Counted from the first letter of the stretch, positions 8,268 through 16,356 are shown. The stretch: 41,088 nucleotides of DNA from Mahellales bacterium (GCA_050945235.1 JBMNSO010000001.1:1-41088), one strand, 5' to 3'. Translations and numbers: made by a program. The notes: generated from the letters alone by a model not told the origin.

Positions 8268-9407
8268 ATGTTATATACTATTGTCTCCGGTATAGGTTTA
8301 TTCTTTACGCTGTTTTGGGTATCTGAAATCGTATACGTTTTTCGTGGCATTAAGGATACTAGAACCAGCAGGCATGCTTGTGACTGTAAAGAAGGCATTA
8401 CTGTAATTAAACCGATAAAAGACGGCGATTTTCAGCTGAGGGAAAACTTGGAGTCTTGGTTGACGCAGGACTATAAAGGGCCTTTGCAGTATATACTTAG
8501 CTTCCAAGATAAAAACGATGGGGCTCTCGATATTGCCAAACAACTAAAAGAAAGATTTCCTCAAATGGATATCGAAATAATTATAAACCCAATAATACCT
8601 GGCCTAAACGGAAAAAGTTCAAATATGAAGCACGGAGTTGAAAGGGCAAAGTATCCTGTCTTGGTATTTGGTGACAGTGACACCAGGGTATTGCCTGATT
8701 TTCTATGTAAGATCGCCAAAGCATTGGCCGATGATAAAGTAGGTGTTGTTAGCTGTGCCCAAATGAATAGAGGGGGTTGGGATTTTTGGACCCGGTTTTT
8801 TACCTTCATTCAAAATAATGAAACGGTCTTTCACTGGTCCTTTTTAACCAAGATGGGCATGAGGGTAGGGGCCAATGGTGCGGCTCTGGGGATACGAAAA
8901 AAGGTATTGGATGAAATCGGAGGCATAGAGAGTTTTGGCAGTAGCCTGTTGGAAGACATGTTGCTTGGCAATCTTTTAGTGGATAAGGGCTATAGGGTAA
9001 AGGTAGGTCCATTCATTGAATGCCACGTAAATGCCATTGACAAATTTAAAGTATTAAATTACATACAAAGGTCCTCCATAGGGTTCAGGACATTGATAAA
9101 AAAGAACGTCCCGGTATTTATAATAATGCTTTCCTGGTATTGGATAGTATTTGCCATGGCCCTTTGCAAGCTAGATTATTCATTACTACAGTTATACCTA
9201 TTATTCTTAGGTATTAGGACCGGGACTGGGTTGATACAGCGTTGGATTATTGAGAAGCGAATACTGCCGGTAGATTTTATACTGCCTGCCTTCTTTGATG
9301 TTTTTTGCACCACGTATTTATTCTTTTCCTTTAAAAATTCCCATGTGGAATGGCGGGGTATTAGATATAAAATTCATAAAAACGGGAATATTGAAATAGT
9401 AGGTTAA
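8268..9407 (+). CDS. GT2 glycosyltransferase of the ceramide glucosyltransferase / HpnI-like type (Glyco_transf_21-like)
   Basis: N-terminal TM span, then VIKPIKDGD, PGLNGKSSNM, FGDSDTRV (DxD) and LLEDMLLG (ED), followed by C-terminal TM spans. QRSSI occupies the position where the family (Q/R)xxRW motif would be expected. SD GGGAGG precedes the start. Confidence 0.65.
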   Translation: MLYTIVSGIGLFFTLFWVSEIVYVFRGIKDTRTSRHACDCKEGITVIKPIKDGDFQLRENLESWLTQDYKGPLQYILSFQDKNDGALDIAKQLKERFPQMDIEIIINPIIPGLNGKSSNMKHGVERAKYPVLVFGDSDTRVLPDFLCKIAKALADDKVGVVSCAQMNRGGWDFWTRFFTFIQNNETVFHWSFLTKMGMRVGANGAALGIRKKVLDEIGGIESFGSSLLEDMLLGNLLVDKGYRVKVGPFIECHVNAIDKFKVLNYIQRSSIGFRTLIKKNVPVFIIMLSWYWIVFAMALCKLDYSLLQLYLLFLGIRTGTGLIQRWIIEKRILPVDFILPAFFDVFCTTYLFFSFKNSHVEWRGIRYKIHKNGNIEIVG

Positions 9408-9420
9408 TACATGAAGGGTG

Positions 9421-9454
9421 AGGTATCAATAATGAATTGATACCTTAATTTTTT
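9421..9454 (+). terminator. Rho-independent terminator after the GT2 gene
   Basis: AGGTATCAA / TTGATACCT forms a perfect 9-bp stem with a 7-nt loop, followed by TAATTTTTT. Confidence 0.8.
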
Positions 9455-9497
9455 AGAACATAAATACTAAAATACCATGTTGAACATAAAAGAAATA

Positions 9498-9526
9498 TTG
9501 ACAAAGAATGTATCAGTGTATACAAT
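9498..9526 (+). promoter_or_regulatory. Sigma-A-type promoter for the HMGL-like synthase
   Basis: TTGACA (9498-9503), a 17-nt spacer, then TACAAT (9521-9526). Confidence 0.65.
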
Positions 9527-9573
9527 TATACATAAATACATACATCCATGGAAATAGGGGGGTTGGTTTTCTT

Positions 9574-10974
9574 ATGTTAGAATATAGCAAAAGGACTCAT
9601 ACACTGGAACAGTCGGCATATAAATATTCCCTTCAGGACGTAAAGGAACCTAATTTATATAGAGATTTATTCACTTATGACAGCATACCCAAGGTACCCT
9701 TTAACCACAGACACGTGCCCATGTATGTGGCGGATCATATATGGATAACCGATACAACCTTTAGGGACGGACAGCAGGCAAGGTCACCATTTACGGTAAA
9801 GCAGATCTTAGACTTGTATGATATGCTCCATAGGCTGGGGGGTCCAAAGGGTCTTATCAGACAAACAGAGTTCTTTTTGTATACCAAGAAGGACAAGGAA
9901 GCAGTGATAAAGTGTAAGGAAAGGGGTTATTCCTTCCCGGAGGTTACTAGCTGGATAAGGGCGACAAATAATGACTTTCAATTGGTAAAGGATATGGACC
10001 TTGACGAAACGGGCATCTTGGTAAGTTGCTCAGATTACCATATATTTAAGAAATTAAAGATTACAAGAAAGCAGGCCTTGGATAAATACTTGGGTATTGT
10101 AAAAAGGGCCTTAGAATACGGTATTCGGCCTAGGTGCCATTTCGAGGACATAACAAGGGCCGATTTTTATGGATTTGTGGTACCCTTTGTAAATGAATTA
10201 ATGAAACTATCTAAGGAAAGTGGTATTCCCATTAAGATCAGGGCATGTGATACTCTGGGCTATGGTGTGTCCTATCCTGGCGTGGCCCTGCCCAGGAGCG
10301 TACCGGGAATTATTTACGGTTTAAGGCATTATTCTGACGTACCCAGTGAATTTCTGGAATGGCACGGCCATAACGATTTTTACAAGGTGGTTACCAACGC
10401 AGCCACTGCCTGGTTGTACGGTGCTTCTGCCGTTAATTGCTCAATGTTGGGAATAGGCGAAAGAACCGGTAATTGTCCGTTGGAGGCCATGGTGGTGGAA
10501 TACGCTTCATTAAGGGGTACTACCGATGGTATGGATTTAACGGTGATTACAGAAATTGCAGAGTATTTCGAAAAGGAACTTGGGTATACTATACCACCTC
10601 AAACACCCTTTGTAGGGAAAAATTTTAACTGCACCCGAGCCGGCATACATGCCGATGGATTATTAAAGGATGAAGAAATATATAATATTTTTGATACCCA
10701 AAAGCTTTTGAACCGCCCGGTAACTGTTGCTGTTGATTCCCATTCCGGTCTTGCTGGGATAGCCCATTGGCTTAATACTTATTTAGGCTTGAAGGATAAA
10801 GACTTGATAGACAAAAAGGATGATATCGTGGTTAAGATGAAGGAATTGGTGGATAAGTCATATGAAGACGGTAGAACTACCGTAATGTCCGATGAAGAAC
10901 TGGAAGAAATGTTAAAGACGGTAAATCCTGAATATTATGAAACCATCATTGCCCAAAGAAGAGGCACATTATAA
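9574..10974 (+). CDS. HMGL-like Claisen-condensing enzyme of the isopropylmalate/homocitrate synthase family (Re-citrate synthase candidate)
   Basis: ITDTTFRDGQQ at the start of the TIM barrel, and EWHGHNDF plus GIGERTGNCPLE as metal-site motifs. The ORF-track ATG at 9508 lies inside a consensus promoter (9498-9526), so I use the ATG at 9574, which is downstream of a G-rich SD. Confidence 0.75.
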   Translation: MLEYSKRTHTLEQSAYKYSLQDVKEPNLYRDLFTYDSIPKVPFNHRHVPMYVADHIWITDTTFRDGQQARSPFTVKQILDLYDMLHRLGGPKGLIRQTEFFLYTKKDKEAVIKCKERGYSFPEVTSWIRATNNDFQLVKDMDLDETGILVSCSDYHIFKKLKITRKQALDKYLGIVKRALEYGIRPRCHFEDITRADFYGFVVPFVNELMKLSKESGIPIKIRACDTLGYGVSYPGVALPRSVPGIIYGLRHYSDVPSEFLEWHGHNDFYKVVTNAATAWLYGASAVNCSMLGIGERTGNCPLEAMVVEYASLRGTTDGMDLTVITEIAEYFEKELGYTIPPQTPFVGKNFNCTRAGIHADGLLKDEEIYNIFDTQKLLNRPVTVAVDSHSGLAGIAHWLNTYLGLKDKDLIDKKDDIVVKMKELVDKSYEDGRTTVMSDEELEEMLKTVNPEYYETIIAQRRGTL

Positions 10975-10999
10975 AAAGCTCTTACAAGAGCTTTTTTTA
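10973..10999 (+). terminator. Rho-independent terminator after the HMGL-like synthase
   Basis: AAAAGCTCTT ACA AGAGCTTTTTTT; a short GC-poor stem with a long T-tract. Confidence 0.65.
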
Positions 11000-11078
11000 T
11001 TTGTAACTATTGACTTGTGGAAGGAATTTATTAAGAAACATAGAATTAAGAGAATATGGATATCAGATTAATAATGAA

Positions 11079-11098
11079 CGTTTAATCTACATTAAACG
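11079..11098 (+). promoter_or_regulatory. Perfect 8-bp hairpin / palindrome abutting the rhaB SD
   Basis: CGTTTAAT ctac ATTAAACG. The last stem G is the first G of GGAGG (11098-11102). Confidence 0.45.
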
Positions 11099-11110
11099 GA
11101 GGTGGCGACT

Positions 11111-12592
11111 ATGACCAAGAAGCTCAATTTACTCGCCTTTGACTTTGGCGCCAGTAATGGACGGGCAGTGTTAGGTAAGTTCGACGGTTGTGTAGTTGAA
11201 TTAACGGAAGTACACAGGTTTCCAAACGATCCGGTGGAACTGGTGGGCAGTTTCCATTGGGATATATTAAGGCTGTTCCATGAAATAAAACAGGGCCTTG
11301 TTAAGTGCTCCAAATATCATACCAAGGACGTTCATGGGATAGGTATCGATACCTGGGGGGTGGACTTTGGCTTACTGGATGGAGACGGGAAACTGCTGGG
11401 TAATCCGTATCATTATAGGGATAACAGGACTGAGGGCATGATGGAAATAGCCTTTAGCAGGATAGCAAAAAGGGATGTTTATGATAAGACCGGGATACAG
11501 TTTATGAGGATCAATTCATTATTTCAACTGCTTTCCATGGTGGAAGACAGGTCTGTGCTGCTGGAAAAGGCCGGTACCCTGCTTTTTATGCCGGATTTGT
11601 TAAGTTATTTTCTAACAGGTGAGAAAAGTACTGAGTTTACCATAGCCACTACCAGTCAGTTATATAACCCGGTGAAGGGCGGCTGGGAATACGGTATTAT
11701 GGATCCTTTGGGAATACCTAAGGATATATTTACCCACATAATACAGCCGGGCACTGTAAAGGGAAGCATGTTGCCCTCTGTTTCAAAGGAAACCGGAATT
11801 CACAACGCACCGATAATAGCCGTAGCTTCCCATGATACTGCATCGGCGGTTGCGGCAGTACCGGCCGATAGGGATAATTTCGTGTATATCAGCAGTGGCA
11901 CATGGTCTTTGATGGGTATAGAAACCACCCGGCCTGTAATTAATGATATGACCTATAAGTGGAACTATACAAATGAAGGCGGGGTTTGTGGTACATATAG
12001 ATTATTGAAAAATATTATGGGTTTATGGATTATCCAAGAATGTAAGAGAACCTGGGATAAACAGGGCGAGGTAGAGGACTATGGCCAGCTAACCCAAAGG
12101 GTTCACGAAGCGAACCCCTTTAAGTGTTTTATCGATCCGGATTATGACGAGTTTACCGGCCCGGGTAATATGCCCAATAAAATAGCCGAGTATTGTGCAA
12201 AAACCGGACAGGCTCAGCCCCAAACCAAGGGAGAAATAGTAAGGTGCGTCTTGGAAAGCCTGGCTTTGAAGTACAGGTGGGCCGTGGAAAGATTGGAGAA
12301 AATTGCCGGTATTTCAGTGCCCGCTATTCATATTGTGGGGGGAGGGGTACAAAACAAGATACTTTGTCAGTTTACCGCCAATGCCACCGGCAGGCCGGTA
12401 ATTGCAGGCCCCATTGAAGCAACGGCCATTGGCAATATCTTAGTCCAGGCAATGGCCCTAGGTGAGGTGAATGACCTTGTTGAAATCAGGGAAATAGTAA
12501 GAAACTCCTTCCCTACCGATGAGTATATACCCCAGGATGTGGACCAGTGGGATGAGGCTTATACAAGGTTTAATAGATTGATAGAATATTAA
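11111..12592 (+). CDS. rhaB: Rhamnulokinase (FGGY carbohydrate kinase)
   Basis: LLAFDFGASNGR, HRFPN, GIGIDTWGVDFGLLD, YRDNRT, GIQFM..NSLFQL and HIVGGG match E. coli RhaB block by block from memory. The ATG at 11111 lies 8 nt after GGAGG (11098-11102). Confidence 0.8.
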   Translation: MTKKLNLLAFDFGASNGRAVLGKFDGCVVELTEVHRFPNDPVELVGSFHWDILRLFHEIKQGLVKCSKYHTKDVHGIGIDTWGVDFGLLDGDGKLLGNPYHYRDNRTEGMMEIAFSRIAKRDVYDKTGIQFMRINSLFQLLSMVEDRSVLLEKAGTLLFMPDLLSYFLTGEKSTEFTIATTSQLYNPVKGGWEYGIMDPLGIPKDIFTHIIQPGTVKGSMLPSVSKETGIHNAPIIAVASHDTASAVAAVPADRDNFVYISSGTWSLMGIETTRPVINDMTYKWNYTNEGGVCGTYRLLKNIMGLWIIQECKRTWDKQGEVEDYGQLTQRVHEANPFKCFIDPDYDEFTGPGNMPNKIAEYCAKTGQAQPQTKGEIVRCVLESLALKYRWAVERLEKIAGISVPAIHIVGGGVQNKILCQFTANATGRPVIAGPIEATAIGNILVQAMALGEVNDLVEIREIVRNSFPTDEYIPQDVDQWDEAYTRFNRLIEY

Positions 12593-12605
12593 AGGAGGAG
12601 ATAAA

Positions 12606-12986
12606 ATGACCGCAGACCAAATTGGAGGAGAATATGTCTGGTATGTCCCCGATGGATATTACCCCGAAACCAGTACCGGGGATTTTCCCAGTCATGAGGC
12701 CCTTTGTGTCTTAAATACAAATGAAGAAGATGCCCACATTACAATTGAACTCTATTTTGAGGATAGGGAGCCCATGGAGGGGTTTGAGGTGTTGTGCAAG
12801 GGAAAGAGGACACAGCATATAAGGATGGACAGGATAACAAATAAAGACGGTGAAGGCGTACCCAAAGGCGTGCCCTATGCCATGGTAGTAAAAAGCGACC
12901 AAAGAATAATTGCCCAATACAGCCGTATGGATACCACCCAGCCTGCCATGGCCCTGATGACTACCATGGCATATCCGCTAAAATAG
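12606..12986 (+). CDS. Sensory rhodopsin transducer (ASRT) family protein
   Basis: SHEALCVLNTNEEDAHITIELYFEDREP parallels the Anabaena ASRT segment SHETVCILNAGDEDAHVEITIYYSDKEP. Size is about 125 aa and the C-terminus reads ALMTTMAY. AGGAGG follows the rhaB stop directly, which suggests translational coupling. Confidence 0.8.
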   Translation: MTADQIGGEYVWYVPDGYYPETSTGDFPSHEALCVLNTNEEDAHITIELYFEDREPMEGFEVLCKGKRTQHIRMDRITNKDGEGVPKGVPYAMVVKSDQRIIAQYSRMDTTQPAMALMTTMAYPLK

Positions 12987-13019
12987 GCGTTGGGCGGTTA
13001 AAAAAGGCGTTGGACGGTT
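12985..13019 (+). repeat. Two 15-nt direct repeats with 20-nt periodicity
   Basis: AGGCGTTGGGCGGTT (12985-12999) and AGGCGTTGGACGGTT (13005-13019) share 14/15 identity and are separated by AAAAA. The first copy overlaps the ASRT stop codon. Confidence 0.6.
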
Positions 13020-13023
13020 GTAT

Positions 13024-13053
13024 TAACAGGTAAAGGGACATTCTTACCTGTTA
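13024..13053. terminator. Bidirectional hairpin between the convergent ASRT and YerD-like genes
   Basis: TAACAGGTAA (13024-13033) pairs perfectly with TTACCTGTTA (13044-13053) around a 10-nt loop, followed by TATTTTT. The 3' arm contains the stop codon of the reverse gene. Confidence 0.7.
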
Positions 13054-14493
13054 TATTTTTCTAATTTCCAGCTTTTTATGGTGTAGGTTGGTTGTATTGC
13101 AGCTTTGGTAGACCATTGGTATATGACATCCCTTTGATACTAGTTCACTTAGGGATACAAGATCGTCCTTGGAGACCTCGGCTATACTATGCTTACCCAA
13201 GCCTCTTATACCGGTGGCCAATTCCTCCCTACAGGCCTCTAGAAATCTTTTTAAGGCCATCACACCTTCCTCCATATTGAACTGGTCTGCTTGTTTTCCT
13301 TCGTACCAAATTATCTGATTGGGTGGCTCAAAGGGTAGAGATTTCAGCACCTGGGTATGACTCATGGCAAAGAGGGCTATGGTGCCGATATATACAGCAT
13401 CTGCTCCAAGGGCCAGCAGTTTTAGGATATCGCCGGGGGTTCTAACCTTACCGGAACCTATAAGAGAAACCTGCCGGTTAAAATTGCTTTTATACAACCA
13501 TTCCGCCGCCCGGTTTACGGCAAAGACGGTGGGTATGCCAAAATCGTCCTGGAGGATGGGCGGCGAACCTTTGGTACCTGCTTCGCAGCCGGCCATGGCT
13601 ATGTAATCGATGCCCGCGTTGCATATTACTTCCAAGTCCTTTTCTAGGTATTTACTGGCTGTCATTGACACGCCGACAGGCACACCGCCACCCGCCCTTT
13701 TTAGGTAATCCACCAACTGGGTTATTTGGAAGGGGTTGTTAACCCCGGGTTGCCTGGAATGGGCTACTATATCTTCGCCCCTTTTGAGTTTAAAGGCCGA
13801 TCTTAAGGTCTTGTCTATGTCACTGCTGTGTACAACATGGCCCACTCCAGCTATGGCACCCTGACCGAATTGTATTTCTATTCCATCGGCACTACTGAGT
13901 ATCTCTTCGGTTTTGTCCCAGTCACCCCTGTGGTATTGGTATATGTAGATTTGTGCCAGTTCCCGTTCTTCAGGCAAATATGGTCCCTCGCCGTTGCAAA
14001 AGGCAATATTAGCCATGGAAGATGCTTTGGCCAGTGCCATCTTGGCCTTTTTGCTCAAGGCAGTGCCATAGGCCATGGGTGCTATCATTATAGGCATTTC
14101 AATAGTAAAGGGCCTCTTTGCTTTTTTACCGATGGTAACCTTTAAGGAGACTTCATCTTCGATAGGTGTGGGAAACCTATAAAACTGCGCCGGAGAAAAC
14201 ATGATATCGTCTAAAGTAGGCAGTTTTTTGGGAGTACCGAAGGGTCGTGATATTGCTCGGCCTTTGGTGCTCCTCAGGTTTGTTTCAAACACCTGCTGTA
14301 GCCCGATCCTTGCTGTTGAGGTAGTAAGCTCCCATAGGTTTTCGGTATAGTCATCCTCCATCAAAATCTTAAAGAACGATGTATTTGCGGATTTTATCAT
14401 TCTTCTTATCAAATACCTTAAGCATCCATAACCGCCCAGGATTGATGCACCAATAATTAATGCCTTACCCATGTTACTTATCTTATTTTGCAT
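13051..14493 (-). CDS. Membrane-anchored FMN-binding glutamate-synthase-domain protein (YerD-like)
   Basis: N-terminal TM span GKALIIGASILGGYGCL, then a GltB FMN-domain-like core (MIAPMAYGTALS, IEIQFGQGA, GIDYIAMAGCEAGT, SGKVRTPGDILKLLALGADAVYIGT). I chose the ATG at 14493 because AAAGGGG lies 8 nt upstream. Confidence 0.75.
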   Translation of the reverse strand: MQNKISNMGKALIIGASILGGYGCLRYLIRRMIKSANTSFFKILMEDDYTENLWELTTSTARIGLQQVFETNLRSTKGRAISRPFGTPKKLPTLDDIMFSPAQFYRFPTPIEDEVSLKVTIGKKAKRPFTIEMPIMIAPMAYGTALSKKAKMALAKASSMANIAFCNGEGPYLPEERELAQIYIYQYHRGDWDKTEEILSSADGIEIQFGQGAIAGVGHVVHSSDIDKTLRSAFKLKRGEDIVAHSRQPGVNNPFQITQLVDYLKRAGGGVPVGVSMTASKYLEKDLEVICNAGIDYIAMAGCEAGTKGSPPILQDDFGIPTVFAVNRAAEWLYKSNFNRQVSLIGSGKVRTPGDILKLLALGADAVYIGTIALFAMSHTQVLKSLPFEPPNQIIWYEGKQADQFNMEEGVMALKRFLEACREELATGIRGLGKHSIAEVSKDDLVSLSELVSKGCHIPMVYQSCNTTNLHHKKLEIRKI

Positions 14494-14718
14494 ATGCAAA
14501 ACCCCTTTCCCTAGTATTATTTTACCGGTCAAGAAAAATAATTCATTAACATACTCATGATTTCAGCCACATTTTTCTAAACATAAAACATGGCTGTTGG
14601 ATTAGACAAATATCGATATACAAAAAGGAGGGTTGATGATAGAATAATTATAACCAGTGTTATTCATTTAACGTATTTTAATAAAAAGCTGGGACTTCTG
14701 CCAAGTGGAGGAATTTGT

Positions 14719-15060
14719 ATGAAGATAGATAAGATACAGGTGCAATTGTATTGCATCGAATGCCTGCAGGAATGTGAACACATTATTATCTATTGGAATG
14801 ACAAACTCAAGGCCATTAAATGTTGTAATTGTGGGCGCAAGCTGGAAATCATTCATGAGAAGATGTTGGAGTATTGTGTGGCCCATTGGGTAAAAAGGAT
14901 ACTCACCAAGCCCAAAAGGATGACAAAGGAGTTAGAAAACGATTTTAAGCATTTTTTGCTGTCACTGCCTATACGGATAATAAAGAAACCCTATAAGCTT
15001 GCCCAGGAAATATCGGATGAGCTCCATATTATAGCAACTAATGGTAACATAGACGACTAG
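14719..15060 (+). CDS. Small zinc-ribbon protein, function unknown
   Basis: CIEC ... CCNCG forms a four-Cys ribbon, followed by a basic C-terminal half. GGAGG lies 7 nt upstream of the ATG at 14719. The longer ORF from 14590 has no SD. Confidence 0.55.
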   Translation: MKIDKIQVQLYCIECLQECEHIIIYWNDKLKAIKCCNCGRKLEIIHEKMLEYCVAHWVKRILTKPKRMTKELENDFKHFLLSLPIRIIKKPYKLAQEISDELHIIATNGNIDD

Positions 15061-15118
15061 GCTTGTTTAGTTTTATATGGAGAAATGGTATGCATCATGA
15101 TTGACAGGAGAGAGGGAA

Positions 15119-15847
15119 ATGTATTTTAAACTGATATGCTGTGAGGTATTTGTTAGGGAGGCCTGCTATGCTATAGCACTGTCACCCCATGTGGTGGATG
15201 TGGATTTTACGCCCAAGGGTGCCCACGAAAAGTCCCAATACCTAAAGGCATTAATACAGGATAAAATAAACGAAAGCGATGGTCAGGGCTATGACGCCAT
15301 CCTTCTTGGTTTTGGGTTGTGTGGAAACAGTACAAGTGGAATAAGGGCGGGAAATACACCTTTGATTATACCCAGGGCCCACGATTGCTGCACGATTTTT
15401 TTGGGTTCCAGGGAGAGGTTTATTGATCATTTCAAAGACCGACTAAGTGCTCAATGGAGCTCGGCAGGGTACCTGGAACGGGGCGATTCTAGGGTTAGGG
15501 AAGCCGATGTTAGTTCCACCCTGGGCCTGGATAAGTCATTCCAAGAGCTGGTGGATAAGTATGGCCAGGACAATGCAAAATATATCTGGGAGACACTGCA
15601 CCCTGATATGAGCAATGACGAAATGATTTTCATAGAAGTCCCTGAATTCTCCCATTTAGGATATAAGGATAAAATGGAAGATGAGGCCCGGAAAAAGGGT
15701 AAGGAACTAAAGGTTATACAGGGTGATATGAGGCTTATAAAGGCCTTGGTTTTCGGTCAATGGACGGATGAGGAGTTTTTAACTATACAGCCCGGCCAGA
15801 GTATATACCCTTTATATGACACCAAGAGTGTATTTCAGGCCAAATAA
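15119..15847 (+). CDS. DUF1638-like protein
   Basis: The pattern CCEVF...YDAILLGFGLCGNS...IIPRAHDCCTIFLGS matches my recollection of the DUF1638 conserved blocks. The ATG at 15119 follows GGAGAGAGGG. Confidence 0.65.
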   Translation: MYFKLICCEVFVREACYAIALSPHVVDVDFTPKGAHEKSQYLKALIQDKINESDGQGYDAILLGFGLCGNSTSGIRAGNTPLIIPRAHDCCTIFLGSRERFIDHFKDRLSAQWSSAGYLERGDSRVREADVSSTLGLDKSFQELVDKYGQDNAKYIWETLHPDMSNDEMIFIEVPEFSHLGYKDKMEDEARKKGKELKVIQGDMRLIKALVFGQWTDEEFLTIQPGQSIYPLYDTKSVFQAK

Positions 15848-15884
15848 TCGATATGAACTTTTAGGTATTAGAGCCGATTATAAC

Positions 15885-15910
15885 AAAAAAAGCAGCTTTT
15901 AGCTGCTTTC
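15885..15910. terminator. Bidirectional terminator between the DUF1638 and DUF378 genes
   Basis: AAAAAA AGCAGCT TTT AGCTGCT TTC; A- and T-flanked, so usable from both strands. Confidence 0.75.
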
Positions 15911-15911
15911 C

Positions 15912-16109
15912 CTATTTAACCGTTCTTCTTTCCCTAAATAGAAAACTAATAGAATAAACACCGGCGGCTCCTACCAGGGTATATATTATCCTGCTAAGCA
16001 TCGAATCTTGGCCGCCAAATAGCGAGGCCACCAAATCATATTGAAACAACCCTATTAAACCCCAATTAAGAGCACCTATAATAAGCAGAACCAGTGCCAA
16101 TCTATCCAT
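15912..16109 (-). CDS. DUF378 small membrane protein (YuzA-like)
   Basis: MDRLALVLLIIGALNWGLIGLFQYDLVASLFGG is the characteristic DUF378 N-terminus, with two TM spans. AAGGAG lies 8 nt upstream of the internal ATG at 16109. Confidence 0.75.
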   Translation of the reverse strand: MDRLALVLLIIGALNWGLIGLFQYDLVASLFGGQDSMLSRIIYTLVGAAGVYSISFLFRERRTVK

Positions 16110-16356
16110 ATTATCAACTCCTTTATCAGTTTTCCTATATAGTATTTCCAACCCGGGAGTATATAATGCCTATAATAAAAATTACTTTTTGTTTATTATC
16201 CAAAGGATTGGGGATTATTAAACCCTTGGCCGTATGAGAAATATAATGTACCGGATCTTTGTCTTTACTATTGATTTATCATGTAATAAAATAATTTTAA
16301 AATAATATCATGTAAATAGCTGAGACTGTATCCCCAAAAAGGGAGGCAAAGTTAAG

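Noticed and set aside
9508-9573. N-terminal 22-aa extension of the HMGL-like synthase suggested by the ORF track
   Set aside because: The ATG at 9508 sits within the spacer of the TTGACA-17-TACAAT promoter, so it would not be on the transcript. The ATG at 9574 has a G-rich SD.
12193-12417. 74-aa + strand ORF overlapping rhaB in another frame
   Set aside because: It lies inside the well-supported rhaB frame, has Arg/Gly-rich low-complexity composition, and has no SD.
14625-14647. Strong SD (AAGGAGGG) followed by a 3-4 codon mini-ORF (TTG ATG ATA GAA TAA) in the YerD-like / zinc-ribbon intergenic region
   Set aside because: SD-to-ATG spacing is only about 4 nt and the ORF is too short to evaluate. 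I see no linked terminator/antiterminator structure, so it is most likely fortuitous.
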